From the NCBI GenBank assembly GCA_951406725.2, contig OX597829.1, positions 28,396,001 through 28,460,000 of the forward strand: 64,000 nucleotides of DNA, read 5' to 3'. Source of the DNA: Octopus vulgaris (lineage: Eukaryota). Positions 23,710 through 35,419 of the stretch are shown one piece after another. Each line of letters begins with the position of its first letter. The first letter of the stretch is position 1. Position numbers and translations under genes: made by a program. The notes below the pieces were generated by a model, which saw only the letters and a program-made list of their open reading frames with translations, searched no databases and was not told the origin of the DNA.

Positions 23710-26700
23710 GACAGGCTTCTTTCAGTTTCTACCAAATCCACTTACAAGGCTCTGGTTGGCCTGAGGCTATAGTAGAAGACACTTGCTGAAGATGCCACAC
23801 ATGGTTGGGAAGGAAGCTTCTTACTGCACTGCCATGCCTGCGCCTACATTATATATTTTAGACAATAGAATCTTAACCGTTCTAAACACTCTGTGACCCT
23901 CCTGTCCCCCATAGCATCATCATGACATTTACCACCTAGTAAGCTTACCACCACCACCTCCATTACTAGGGGGTGTTACTGCTCAGCTGGAGAACCTGAT
24001 TTATCTGGTAGCAATTGCTTTGACTCAGGTTACTTTGACATTGGTGTAAACTGGCTGTCATTATGTGTTGCTCTATAACGATAGCTCTTCCTTTCACATT
24101 ACATCAACCACCACCACTATCACCAACATCATTACCACTACCACTAGCACCACCACAACAATGTGGAGGTGCAATGGCCCAGTGGTTAGGGCAGCTGACT
24201 CGCGGTCGTAAGAATGTGGTTTCGATTCCCAGACCGGGCATTGTGAGTGTTTATTGAGCAAAAACACCTATGATCCACGAGGCTCTGGTGGGGTGGTGGT
24301 GGTGAACCCCGCTGTACTCTTTCACCACAACTTTCTCTCTTTTTTCCTACTTCTGTCACAAAGCAGAGGAACCAATGTGTAACCCACTATGGTGTGGTAA
24401 ACTTTCAGACCCTAGTCTAGATTGCAAATCCTCTGTACCCCAGGATGGTTCAGCTCTCCACCTGTTAAAAGCCACCATTTACGGAATCAGGATAACAACA
24501 TAGCTTTTGCGCCTGTGCAACCGCCAGTCTATCATCGCGTGTGGTGGGTGGATCTTCAAGTTGCTACACGCATTTTTAGTAGCTTAGAGTAGGCTCGAAT
24601 TAGAGATTATTCTTTGTGGCTAATGGCGTGAGTCCTGATTGGAGGAGGAGGAGGAGGAAGAAGAAGACGACGACGACGACGGCAACAACTACTATTTACA
24701 AACTTTTTACAATATTAAAGCCTAATGAATAGATGGAACGAGCTAACAGCAGTTTTACAATAATTAACATTTAAAGCTTTACTCCATTGAATTTGGCACG
24801 CTCTTCATCAAGAGATATAGATTTGGTAGAATTAACGCGATGAAAACATGAGTTCTGTGGCCCTCGGGTCACTTTTGTAACTTTTTGCCAATTAAAAAAA
24901 GATGTTCAGCAATATAAAAATTCAAAACGGTGTATTTCTTGTGGAAAATTTAGCAGTCACCTGGTCCCTGTAGTCTTTTGGTTTATTTTGAAATAGAGTA
25001 TTCCCAAAGGGGAAACGATTTAAAAGATTTAACATCTAAATTATTTGAATCATTCCCCTTGAATCATTCACCTTTGAATTATCTCCCTTGCTTAGTAGTT
25101 TCCATTATTGTGGTTATTGATTTGAATTATTCCCCCTGCTCAGTGATCTCTAGTATACTTTAATTTGTTTAAATTATCTCCCCTGCTTTGTTACCCTTCG
25201 TATTCATTTTTAATTCATCGCGTACACAGGATATGAATGTTATCGCAGTTTTGTGAGATTTGGCTATTATTTCTAGCATGTGAATAGCCTGCTTGAAGGC
25301 CAAGGCCGTAGAATCAGGGTGGGGTGGGGTTGGGGTAATTTTTTTCTTTTCTTTTTTTTGTTGAAAAAATTGAAATTTTAGAAACAATTTTCTTTCAGAA
25401 TCATAATCTCTGTATTCTTGTACATGTTTCGAAAAAATAAATAAATAAATAAAAATAAAATAAACAATTTCAGGAAAAGTGAAAAAAGGAGAAATGGGTG
25501 AGAGGGTGGGGGATTGAAATTTTGAAGTTGCGGCTTTTGAAAAATTACTTTTCAGAATCGGAATCTCCATAGCCTAAGACGTGAGATTCCATAAAAAAAA
25601 GAATTAAAATGGGGAAGGTTCTGTTTACATCTCTGGCATGTGAGTCATCATCATTATCATCATCACTTAATGCCTGGCATGGGTTGGATGGTTTGACATA
25701 ATCCAACGATCTGCAGAGCTGTGTCATTCCCCAATGTTAGCTTTGGCATGGTCTCTGTAGCTGAATACTTTAACCCTAACAGAACCACTTTACAGATTGT
25801 ACAGAGGGCTTCTTTTGTAACCTTGGCACTAGTCAGGTCACCAAATTACTTGCATGACAAAATAAAAAAAAGAAAGTAAAAACCCCTTCGGCTGTGTGAG
25901 TGTTTGAGAGAGAGGGAGGTTGAAGGCTGGAGTATGATAGAGGGACAGGCAAAAGTGTCTTGCTGTAGAGAAGATACATGGCTTCCCTGTATTATACAGG
26001 GGTGGGAGTAGCTAGAAGAGGGATAAAGATGGTAATAAAAATGTGCCAAAACATACACACAAGGTATAAGAAGGGAAGTATAAGGGAGAATATAGACTTG
26101 TATTCTCTATAAAAATCTTGAGTGAAAATAGTACCGCTGCTCTTGGCTTCTGTAAAATCTTCAGCCATATATGGTCCAGGAACACTTAAAACTGGCTCTC
26201 TAAGACTTTTGCTCATGGATTAGATGTCAATTATGCTTTTTTAAAAAAGAAATCCATTCATCAGGTGAGAAGGCAGTGCTCATGACACTAGGGCCTCTGA
26301 AATTAGTTTGAGGGAGGGAAGTATTTCTTAAATTGGATGCCTGGCCTGTATGCTTGCTATGGATGAGATTCTGCTAAAGGTACCTAAGATACCTGGCAAT
26401 AGCAGTTAATCTACATGAGGGTGTTAATTGAGGTGATGGATTAAATGTACCACCTAAGCAGACCATGGTGATATTTTGGACTCAAGAGTGCAAAGAACCA
26501 AAACAAATATCACAAGGCATCTATTCTGGCATTTTGTCTGATACTCTCTAATGATTCCATGACTGACCTATTGGAGTTTTAATCACCACATTTCTCGTTA
26601 GCTTCTTAATTTGGGCATGCAGGCATTTTGAAAATACTTTATGGAGTGACAGCCGTACCCTGCATAGTTACAGGCTGCTTTTTGGCAGGGCATTGCAACC

Positions 26701-28541
26701 ATTCAGTCACCTTGCCGGGATACGGTGAAGTCATGGGACTGCAGCATGGTGGATTGTGAAGAGGTAGCAGAAGAGCTCAACTGAGCCAACATTGATACTG
26801 AGCAGAGGAATCTTAGAAGATCAATAGTCAGGAGCAACAAGCTTTATCAAAAGAGTAACTGTGACGCATTCACAGGGTTGGAATTCATGGTTGTATAATC
26901 AACTGATGACAGATTCACTATGACTCAAGCTCTCAATTCAAATTCATAATAATGGAATTGGATGGTGAAAGAGTGATGGGATTTTTTGAAAGCAGCACAA
27001 CCAAGAAGAGCTTATGACTAACACTCCCTTCTTAACTAATGATAGCATTCACTTAACTATCATTCTTTCCCCACTATGCCTAAAAAAAAAACAGCCAATA
27101 ACAACAAAAAATAAAATGCAATAAAATGACCACCCACTACAATATGGTTCTGAATACTCTACCAACCCTACTGCCATATTTGCATTTGAACAGTGTTATA
27201 AAAGCACTTATTTTCAGGTTTCTCAATTACCTGGGAAAACATACAAATATACTAATTATATCAGTTAAATTAATTTAAACAATTATTTAAATGATTATAA
27301 ACTTTTAACTAATTATAATTATAATTATCCATTTTTTTAAAACCTGAACAGCAAAAGAGTACTGTTGCTACTGCCAGAGAAATATTCAAAGAACATGGAT
27401 TTGGTCGGAAAGGATTGAATAAAGGATTAACATCAACTTTAGGCCGACATGGAATCTTCAACATGATATATTTTAGTCTTTACCATAATGTGAAGAATAC
27501 ATTTCCTGAAACTGAGGTAAATTTTAAATCATTGATTTTTAAAAAGATTATATTTTTACCAAAAATGTATGTACGTTGTATTACAAAATATTGGGTGAAA
27601 TCTTCCTGGAAACCATCCACATCACTAGCTTATTAAAATTCTGAAAGTGCACAAACTAGAGGATGAAGTTATGAATTTCTTCCCAAAGAACAATGAAGAA
27701 GTTAATGGTATCTAACTACAAATAACATGATTGTATGTTCCATCTTGACAGGAATATCTTCTGGGATATTTCAAAGTGATAATATATTTGATCTTTTTTA
27801 AGGTGACAAGCTGGCAGAAACATTAGAACGCCGGGCGACATGCTTAGTGGTATTTCGTCTGTCTTTACATTCTGAGTTCAAATTCCGCCGAGGTTGACTT
27901 TGCTGTTCATCCTTTTGGCGTTGATAAATTAAGTACCAGTTACGCACTGGGTCGATGTAATCAACTTAATCCCTTTGTCTGTCCTTGTTTGTCCCCTCTG
28001 TGTTTAGCCCCTTGTGGGCAGTAAAGGAATAAGAAGTGTTAGAACACTGGGCGAAATACTTAGTGTCTGTTTTTACATTCTGAGTTCAAATTCTGCCAAG
28101 GTTGACTTTGCCTTTCATCCATTCAGAGTCAGTAAATTAAGTACCAGTTGCATACTGGGATTGATCTAATTGACTGACCCCCCCCCACTCCAAAAATTTT
28201 GGGCCTTGTGCCTAGAGTAGAAAAGAATATAGTTGGTTATTACATTATTTTATGATGACATAATAAAGAAACAGAAGATAGTTTTTATGGCATCTAACAA
28301 GACACACCATGGTTATAAGTTCCAGCCTAATTAAAGAAATAAGGAATATCTACTGGGATATTTGAAAGTGATAATATTATTTATTTTATTGTACAGGGTA
28401 AGCCAAAAGTCACACACAAAATAAGTTTATTACACTCTGGAATTGTCAATGATATACTTCAATTTTTCTAAAATTGAATAAAATAAATAAAGTAGTAATG
28501 AATACACATGTACATGATGAACAAAATGAATAATAATAATC

Positions 28542-28574
<33 letters not shown>

Positions 28575-30975
28575 TTATAATAATGATGATAATAATAATA
28601 ATATTATAATAATGATGATAATAATGATAATAATATTATAATAATGATGATAATAATAATAATAATAATATTATAATAATGATGATAATAATAATAATAA
28701 TAATAATAATAATATAATAATGATGATGATAATAATAATAATATTATAATAATGATGATAATAATGATAATAATATTATAATAATGATGATAATAATAAT
28801 AATAATATTATAATAATGATGATAATAATAATAATAATAATAATAATATTATAATAATGATGATAATAATAATAATATTATAATAATGATGATAATAATG
28901 ATAATAATATTATAATACCAATTCATTGTCTTCATGTATGACATAAAATTTAAAGATACAGATGGTCCACAACTTTAGAGTGTCGTCAGTATTGTCAAGC
29001 AAGTTATTTAAAATAATGGTAGTGATGGGATGGGGGGGGGTAGTGATGGTGGTAGTGATGGGGATGGTGGTGATGTTGTGTGAGGTGATATAATTTCAAC
29101 ATTTTAAAAAATTTTTATTTTATAGGACAAAGTTTTGGACTTTTTAAAGAAATTTACTGTTGGCTTTATTTCTGGTGTTCTTGGATCTTGTACTAACATT
29201 CCATTTGATGTTGCCAAGAGTCGTATCCAGGGCCCTCAACCAGTTCCTGGTGAAATAAAATATCAGAAATGTTTCCAGTCTATACACTTGATTTATAAAG
29301 AAGAAGGGTAAGATTAATATTAATTTATACACTGTGATCTTGTCTTATGACCAGGGCTTCATTACTCCTAAGGAGCAACCTCTACCTGGACTCCTACCAC
29401 TGTCTGTCTCTGGCCAGTTGTAGCCATGTAGACCCCAGTATGAATGAGATTATCTCGCCATCTTGTTTTTGGTTGGCCTCTTGATCTTGTCCTTTGTCTT
29501 GGTGTCCATTCTGTCATCCTGACTGTCCACCTGTTGTCCTTCACTCATGTGATATGGCTACCCCATCTGTATTTGTTCTCCTTGATGGTTCTCATGATGT
29601 TTTTGAGTCTTGAGTGCTTTTAAATCCAGACGTTTAAATGTATTTAGGCAGTGTATATGGCAGAGATGTTAGTGTTGTTGGAAGGCAAGGGTGGCTGTGT
29701 AGTTAGGAAGTTTGCTTAGCAGGCATGCTGTAGTTAAAGTACATAACTGTACACACACACATACACACGCACACAAATATATGTGTGTGTGTGTGTGTGT
29801 ATGTAATAAATCACTTTTATCATTCTAATACTTTTAATGTTGGTTAATTTCTTAATCTTTTTTTTGTTTTGTTTCAGATTTTTTGCTCTTTATAAAGGCT
29901 TAGTCCCAAAAGTTCTCCGACTTGGACCAGGTATTTGAAATATCTTTTTTTGCTTACCTTGTTTTCCCACTGCATATGAATAGATAGTAGGTTACATAGT
30001 TAGTCAGATAGACAGACATATAGACAGATGGATGATTAGACAGAAGATTAACTATATATGTGAGAGACAGACAGTTATTTAAATAGGTTGATAGATAAAG
30101 GATGGATAAATAGGTAGATAGCTAGACAGCGATCTAGGCAGATAAATAAACAAATAAATAAGTGGGTAAGTAGGTTGATAGATTGATGGATAGGCATGGC
30201 TATGTGATTAAGAAGTTCACTTCCCAACCTCTTTTGCTCAGTGAATTGTTGTGCACCTGATTACACAATAAACTCATTATTGATTCAGCTTTGTCTTTCA
30301 TCCGTCTGTGGGTTGATAAAATAAAGTACCAATCACATTTTGGAGGTGATTATATCAGTTCCAGTATTGGGTTGATATTTCGTTTTATCCACTCCATAAA
30401 GATGAAACACAAATGTGACCTTGGCAGAGCTTAAGCTTGAAATATAAAAGAGCCAAAAGAAATACGATAAGGCCTTTTCTCCAACTCCTTAACAATTCTG
30501 CACATTCATAATAATAATAATAATCCTTTCTACTAAAAGCACAAGGCCTGAAATTTTGGGGATTAGTTGATTACATGGACCTCAGTGTTTCACTGGTACT
30601 TAATTTATCGACTCTGAAAGGATGAAAGGCAAAGTTGACCTTGGTGGAATTTGGACTCAGAACATAGTGATGGGTAAAATACTGCTAAGCATTTCATCCA
30701 GCATACTCACGATTCTGCAAGCTTGCTGCCTTAATAATAATAATAATGATAATGATAATGACAATGATGAGGAGAAATTTGATCGTATGTGCTGCTCTCT
30801 CACTAAACGATAATAAAAATTAAATATAATAATAGTGATATTTAAATTTAAAAAAAAAAATAAATAAATTGAAAATATTTCTGTTAACTGCTTTTTACTT
30901 CTGTCTTTTTCAGGTGCTGCCATAATGATGATTGTCTATGAGCATGTCTTTGACTGGCTAAAGAAATTTATCTAA
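10162..30975 (+). CDS. SLC25A21: Mitochondrial 2-oxodicarboxylate carrier, spliced, 5'-partial: join(10162..10294,16703..16832,20715..20822,27352..27516,29126..29307,29878..29930,30914..30975)
   Basis: Manual splicing gives 833 nt open to TAA at 30973-30975. All introns are GT..AG with matching phases (2,0,0,0,2,1). Three PX[DE]XX[KR]X[KR] motifs are present (PLDLIKTR, PFEVVKVK, PFDVAKSR), plus ODC-typical GFYKGILPP.LAETPKRA.KF, SRIQGPQPVPGEIKY and LYKGLVPK..RLGPG. The first ~20 residues were not found in the window. Confidence 0.95.
11003..11235 (+). repeat. Degenerate ~21-26 bp minisatellite (tggtgacacataaaaggcacccatgc-like)
   Basis: About 9-10 imperfect tandem units leading into a LINE 3' UTR. 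Confidence 0.7.
11538..11730. repeat. AT-rich foldback element between (TA)n tracts
   Basis: ataaaattttataattatgagtataattataattagggtt is inverted at 11690-11730. Confidence 0.8.
11875..12088 (-). mobile_element. tRNA-derived SINE family B (Meta-domain-like centre)
   Basis: Reverse complement of tttgcctttcatccttt.ggggtcgataaattaagtaccag. Confidence 0.75.
12424..12458 (-). ncRNA. Minimal hammerhead-like motif (family B) in a ~230 bp repeat
   Basis: Minus strand gttt-CTGAAGA-a-gagc(ttt)gctc-GAAAT-GTA-aaac. Confidence 0.65.
12600..13575. mobile_element. Tc1/mariner (maT/DD37D-like) fragments
   Basis: Minus-strand ORF ...FIDSPEWPPH; plus-strand 3' part (PLAYYVWGAVE) homologous to 60880-61295. 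Confidence 0.6.
14010..15005 (+). mobile_element. RTE-clade LINE, 3' RT fragment (frameshifted)
   Basis: WELLYADDLALIAES..KTKV; Cys/His cluster; CVRTAMLHGSET; YGHVM; ends in UTR. Confidence 0.8.
15010..15186 (-). mobile_element. Penelope-like terminal repeat family A, single copy
   Basis: Homologous to 770-1095; gacacCTGATGAaggctg..cagcc with a decayed GAAA. Confidence 0.65.
16703..16832 (+). CDS. SLC25A21: SLC25A21 coding exon MLGFYKGILPPLLAETPKRATKFFAFERYKNLFAYGEYIPQPI
   Basis: ttttgatttcag acceptor, gtaagt donor; absent from the ORF track. Confidence 0.95.
17388..17812 (+). mobile_element. tRNA-derived SINE family A
   Basis: A box tggctgtgtagtaag, B box gggttcagtcc, CORE-like ccttgggtaagtgtc, internal (TA)/(TG), tail ...gactgaaacaagtaaaaga. 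Confidence 0.85.
19114..19957 (-). mobile_element. Internally deleted mariner element
   Basis: MKFCVKLGKSATE.., WILHNDNAPS.., YSPDLAPTNFHLF.., QGDYFE; degenerate TIRs at both ends. A related + fragment lies at 18050-18360. Confidence 0.8.
19955..20315 (+). mobile_element. SINE family A
   Basis: Same body as 22898-23302. Confidence 0.8.
20715..20822 (+). CDS. SLC25A21: SLC25A21 coding exon VLTLAGLFSGLTEAVIINPFEVVKVKLQAERDNIKG
   Basis: tttttctag acceptor, gtaagt donor, second carrier motif. Confidence 0.95.
20990..21560 (-). mobile_element. CR1-group LINE 3' end
   Basis: PYSERLTSLGIDTLKLRRLAADL; near-identical to 45680-46240. Confidence 0.85.
22898..23302 (+). mobile_element. Young full-length SINE family A inserted in (TA)n
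   Basis: ggcgcaggagtggctgtgtggtaag head with CpGs retained; (GTAAAAGA)n tail. Confidence 0.9.
23317..23668 (-). mobile_element. Penelope-like short element family C with a hammerhead motif (23450-23535)
   Basis: Flanked by (TA)n; 23317-23468 is homologous to the reverse complement of 51700-51852; tgg-TTGATGA-gtgct..agtgc-GAAAC-gatc-GTA-cca. Confidence 0.7.
24163..24355 (+). mobile_element. tRNA-derived SINE family D, 5' part
   Basis: tggcccagtggttagggcag A box and ggtttcgattcc B box; full copy at 40881-41265. Confidence 0.8.
27352..27516 (+). CDS. SLC25A21: SLC25A21 coding exon QKSTVATAREIFKEHGFGRKGLNKGLTSTLGRHGIFNMIYFSLYHNVKNTFPETE
   Basis: aacag acceptor, gtaaat donor, GLNKGLT.TLGRHG.FNM.YF motif. 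Confidence 0.93.
27801..28228 (+). mobile_element. Two tandem SINE family B copies
   Basis: gctggcagaaac..gagttcaaattccgccgagg..cctttcatcc..aagtaccag occurs twice, with different tails. Confidence 0.8.
28530..28918. repeat. Compound (AAT)/(GAT) microsatellite with higher-order unit aataatattataataatgatgat
   Basis: Direct reading. Confidence 0.9.
29126..29307 (+). CDS. SLC25A21: SLC25A21 coding exon DKVLDFLKKFTVGFISGVLGSCTNIPFDVAKSRIQGPQPVPGEIKYQKCFQSIHLIYKEE(G)
   Basis: ttttatag acceptor, gtaaga donor, third carrier motif. Confidence 0.95.
29878..29930 (+). CDS. SLC25A21: SLC25A21 coding exon FFALYKGLVPKVLRLGP(G)
   Basis: ttttgtttcag acceptor, gtattt donor. Confidence 0.93.
30525..30732 (-). 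mobile_element. SINE family B
   Basis: Reverse complement of the family B consensus. Confidence 0.75.
30914..30975 (+). CDS. SLC25A21: SLC25A21 terminal coding exon (G)AAIMMIVYEHVFDWLKKFI*
   Basis: tctttttcag acceptor; sixth-helix motif VYE; stop TAA. Confidence 0.93.
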
Positions 30976-32380
30976 TCTTTGATTTATATTCTCAATATTT
31001 TTATAATTATTCCGTGACAAATCTCCCTCTTTTTTCTTTTCTTAATGGTGATTGATTTATTCCTCCTTTTAGCTGAATCTTTGCGTACCAGTTCCACTTT
31101 AACTCAGGGATCAGTTTATTCCAGTGTTTGGGGATTATCTCACATAGTGAGATAACCACATACAAAAGTGAGTTAATCACCACCTCCAACTGTGAGATAT
31201 CCATATGGCAGAAAACAGTACATGGCTGAGATAGTCACATGTGAAGGTGAGATAATCCTACATGCCAATATAATCACACACCAAGATGAAATAAATGCAT
31301 ATCAGTGATATCTTATGGCTGAGGTAACCACATGCCAAGGGGAGATAATCGCTAAATTTCATTCATTTTGTGAAATCTTTTTTTTTATGTCTCTCTTGAG
31401 CCTATACACCCATTATTACTCTGATTTTCATGGCATTTAAGAAGCTACCAAGAGTATAGGACCCTTCCTCTTCCACAAACTGAATGGAATGTTAGTCCAC
31501 TGCAAGTTTAACCTACTTCCTGGCTGCTGCTGCAGCAACTACTCACTTTCAATTGAATGGACTGAAACCAATGTAAAATGAAGACCCTTGCTCAAAGACA
31601 TACTTCCCAGTCCAAAAATTGAAGCCAGGACCTAACATTTGTGAGCCCGACAATGAAATCACTTACCCAAATGCTTTTCACTTAACAAGACTAAGATTTA
31701 GTAAATTTTTTGACATTGCTTAGAGTCTCTAATCACTTGGTTACAATCCTATTTCTCATAAAATGGAACACTATCTTTCAAAAAGTCTCTAAGTTTTATG
31801 AGAAAATACCAATAATTTTCCATCCATCCATTTTTTCTGTCTATTCTTGGGAGGGTCATGTCGGTACAGCCCTCAAGTACCTCCTCCGTAGGGCCAGAAG
31901 GTCCTATCTGATATAACGATCATTACACTTTCCATCTGGATTCCCAAGTATAACAAACTGAGACTATGGATATTATCTAACCATTTTATTTTTGGTCTAT
32001 CCTTAGGTCTTCAGTCAGTTGGTTTGACTTGAAGAATCCAACTTGCAATTCTTTCCTGCGACATCCTGATCACATATCTGTAGTACCAGGGTTGTGACTT
32101 CTCAATGCAGAGAAGTAGCTGATTGACTTGTAGGGACTCCCTGATCCCTAAGCTACGCACCCTGTTGAATAATATTACTCAATAATCCATCAGAGGAACC
32201 CCATTTTGGCCACCTGTATTTAGACTGCACTTTTTCAGTCATTACCTAACATTTATGACAGTAGGTGAGGATAGGCATGAAGACTAAATTAAAATTGATT
32301 ATACAATTATATAATTAACAAATAGTTAATTCTCAAAGTACTTTTGTCTACTAAAAATTGAGAACAAAAGTAAATCTTAA

Positions 32381-32591
32381 CCCTTTAGCATTTAATCTGG
32401 TCGTATCCGGCCAAAATATTCTACTCGCTTTATGTTCAAATTGGCCACATCTGGCATCTCACACCTACCCTACAATGACATTTTGAGCATAAACAATCAC
32501 ATCATTGAAATCTCAAGGCTACAAGATTATCCAGAATAAATTCAAAATGTGAATATGTTATATTTGACAGAATAATCTGAACACTGAAGGG
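32381..32591. mobile_element. piggyBac-type MITE (211 bp)
   Basis: TTAA target duplication; CCCTTTAG..CTGAAGGG termini; same body as 5084-5754. Confidence 0.8.
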
Positions 32592-33369
32592 TTAAAATGG
32601 ATGATTAATTTCATTTTTCAAACCCTTTGCAAATGAAGTGTGTTTTCTTCCATTAGCTACAAGTTTTAGAATATGAAATAGGATTTTATGTTTCAAATTG
32701 AACATCATTCGTCAGAGAAGGACTGCAATGGATGCAGTCTGAGACTCACTTAACTGGAGTAAATACTAATTTCTCATAGAAACAAGATCTTATACGGGAA
32801 TGGTACATTTAATTCTGCTGACCTGTTAAAAAAATAACTGCCAAATCTCCCTTAAATCATACATGACCTTTTTTTAAACAAGGAAAAGCACTAGATTATC
32901 TAGTCCTATATGCCCCTACAAATATGGGCTGGTTATATGGCTGGCTTGCTTTTGATCTTAGGTTTGCACAGTTGGAGTTTACCTGGAACTAAACAACAAT
33001 AACAGCAACTACAATTGTGAAAAAGCAAAACTGACCAGGGCACAGATTGTACTCAGAATATAAATTGTCGAACCTGTACACTTTTGTAAAACGTTTTTTT
33101 TTTATTCAGTTACTCTCTCAGTTCATGTATTAATTGCTCTCGGACTAAATAATTATAACTATAAATAATACAAAAAAGTCATGATTTTGTTGCTTAACTT
33201 TATTGGTTTACCAATGTCTCATAAACAGATTCATATACAATGAGAGAAGGTAGAAAATTCTTCCTGGAGCTTCTTTTTTTATATGTAATTTGTTTGTATT
33301 GGAGCAGTTTTTACTTTCAGGGAGCCCTTCAAATTCAAATACATTCCATATTTCATAAAAGTCCTACAT

Positions 33370-33643
33370 TAAAATTATTATAAAGCTATCTATATATCAT
33401 AGTTAATGTATATACAATGTTCATAGGCCAGTTACTGCAGTTTTCTTTGAAGATAAAATTTCTTATTGTCTCCTTCCAAATACACACACACACACACATA
33501 TTATTTCCCTTCCAATGCACATTGTGTTTTTAAACAGAGCACATCTATAAGAGATTTTATCTTTGAAGAAAACTGCAGTAATTGGCCTATGAACAGTGTA
33601 TATACATTAACTATGATATATATATGGCTATATAATAATTTAG
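33370..33643. repeat. ~95 bp inverted repeat around a (CA)n spacer (MITE-like)
   Basis: 33370-33465 is inverted at 33548-33643. Confidence 0.8.
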
Positions 33644-34221
33644 GGCACATGGCCTAGTGGTTACAGTGTTGCAGTCATGATCTAGCAATTGTGAGTTCAG
33701 TTTCTAGATTGGGTGGTGTGTGTGTTTTTGAGCTAAACACATCATTTCACATTGCTCTGTGATTACTTTGATACCTGATGCATGGCACACAGCGCACCTG
33801 TTCAGACAACATCGATTTGATGGAGGGAGTGTTTTCCTTGGTATAGAGTTCAGAATAATGTTCCACCCATATCTCCAGCTGCTCTCTTTTGTTCTTGATG
33901 ACTTCCCCTGTTCTGGATTTGAGTGGAGCTATCTTGCTCTGGGTTAGGTCAATGGCTTTTTTGATGCCCTCATGTATTCTGAAAAATGTTGCCTGTATCA
34001 AACAACAGTTGGATATCTACACACAGTTGTAACTGGTAGATAGCTACACATAGGTGGCGAGCTGGCAGACATGTTAGCACGCCAGGCGAAATGCTTAGTG
34101 GTATTTTGTCTGTCGTTACATTCTGAGTTCAAATTCTGCCGAGGTCGACTTTGCCTTTCATCCTTTCGGGGTCGATAAATAAAGTGCCAGTTTCGCACTG
34201 GGGTCGATGTAATTGACTTAA

Positions 34222-35351
34222 CCCTTTCATTACCAAACCGCCCAAAGCCGCCCGAAAAAAATTTTGATTAATGTCACCAAACCGCCCAAAGCCGCCCGAA
34301 AAAATTTTGGTTAATGTCACCAAACCGCCCAAAGCCGCCCGAATTTACCTATTCATATTTAAATGAGAATATCAGAGCAAATCTCTTTAGTACATTTGTG
34401 AAAACACGTATTATACTTCGAAAACAGTTCAACTACAGTTTTGTACAATAATCGAAGTGTAATTTTAATTCCGTGAATTTTGGGAGATTTTTTTTCCGAA
34501 ATTTGTTCCTATTGTGTTTTCAAAATTTGTAATTCTGACAAAAAATGGATACGAATTTCATTATATGAAGCAGCGAGTCAGAATTCGAAGGATTTTCTAC
34601 TGAAGACCTTCATAAATCTAACTCTATGACTGAAAAAAAAAAGCACATGGTATTTGATAATGAATCTGATGTTTCATTTTCCGAAAGTGAAAACAGTGAA
34701 TTCGAGAGCTCCGACAGCGATAAAGAAAACGAATTGGCACCTGAATGGAGTGAAAATTTAAAAACTGTTTCTTTCGGTGATTTTTCTGAAGAAACTGGAC
34801 CAAGCCACAGACTTTTTCAGGAGAGTAAAGCCTTAGACTATTTCTTTTTACTTTTTCGAATGAGCCTATTTGAAATCATTACGGCGGAAACGAACTGTTA
34901 CGCTAAACGTAAACAAAGCGAAAGAAACGATAGTTTGTGGTTTCCCATAACCTTAAATGAAATTAAGACTATTTTGCCATAAATATTAATATGGGTATCA
35001 GAAAGTTACCCAGAATAACAAATTCTATCGTAAAATTTTGTTGTATACCCAATTGAATATTAGCTAATAACCCATTTTCTATAGCGATGTTTGAACAAAA
35101 TTTTAATAATTTTATATTTTGTTGAATTTACCTGTATCTACCTGCAATTAGAGTCACTTTGTGACAAAAATTATAGTATAGAATTGGTTGAGAATATTTC
35201 ATTAAATTATCTTCCAAAAATCAGATTAATATATCGATAAATAAAAAAGTTATAGTTGTTTAATGAAACCAGACTAAATTTATGATTACGTTAGAAATTA
35301 ATTGAAACACATAAGGGGTGTAATTTGGTCAGAAATATAGTAACGAAAGGG
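34222..35351 (+). mobile_element. Internally deleted piggyBac transposon inserted into a family B SINE
   Basis: TTAA at 34218-34221 and 35352-35355; TIR ccctttc[a/g]ttac. ORF 34626-34982 has an acidic N-terminus and LDYFFLLF...IITAETNCYA...W.PITLNEIK, typical of a piggyBac transposase start. The SINE resumes at 35352. Confidence 0.9.
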
Positions 35352-35419
35352 TTAATCCCTTTGTCTATCTTTGTTTGTTCCCTTTGTCTGTCTTTGTTTT
35401 GGGCAATAAAGAAACAGAT

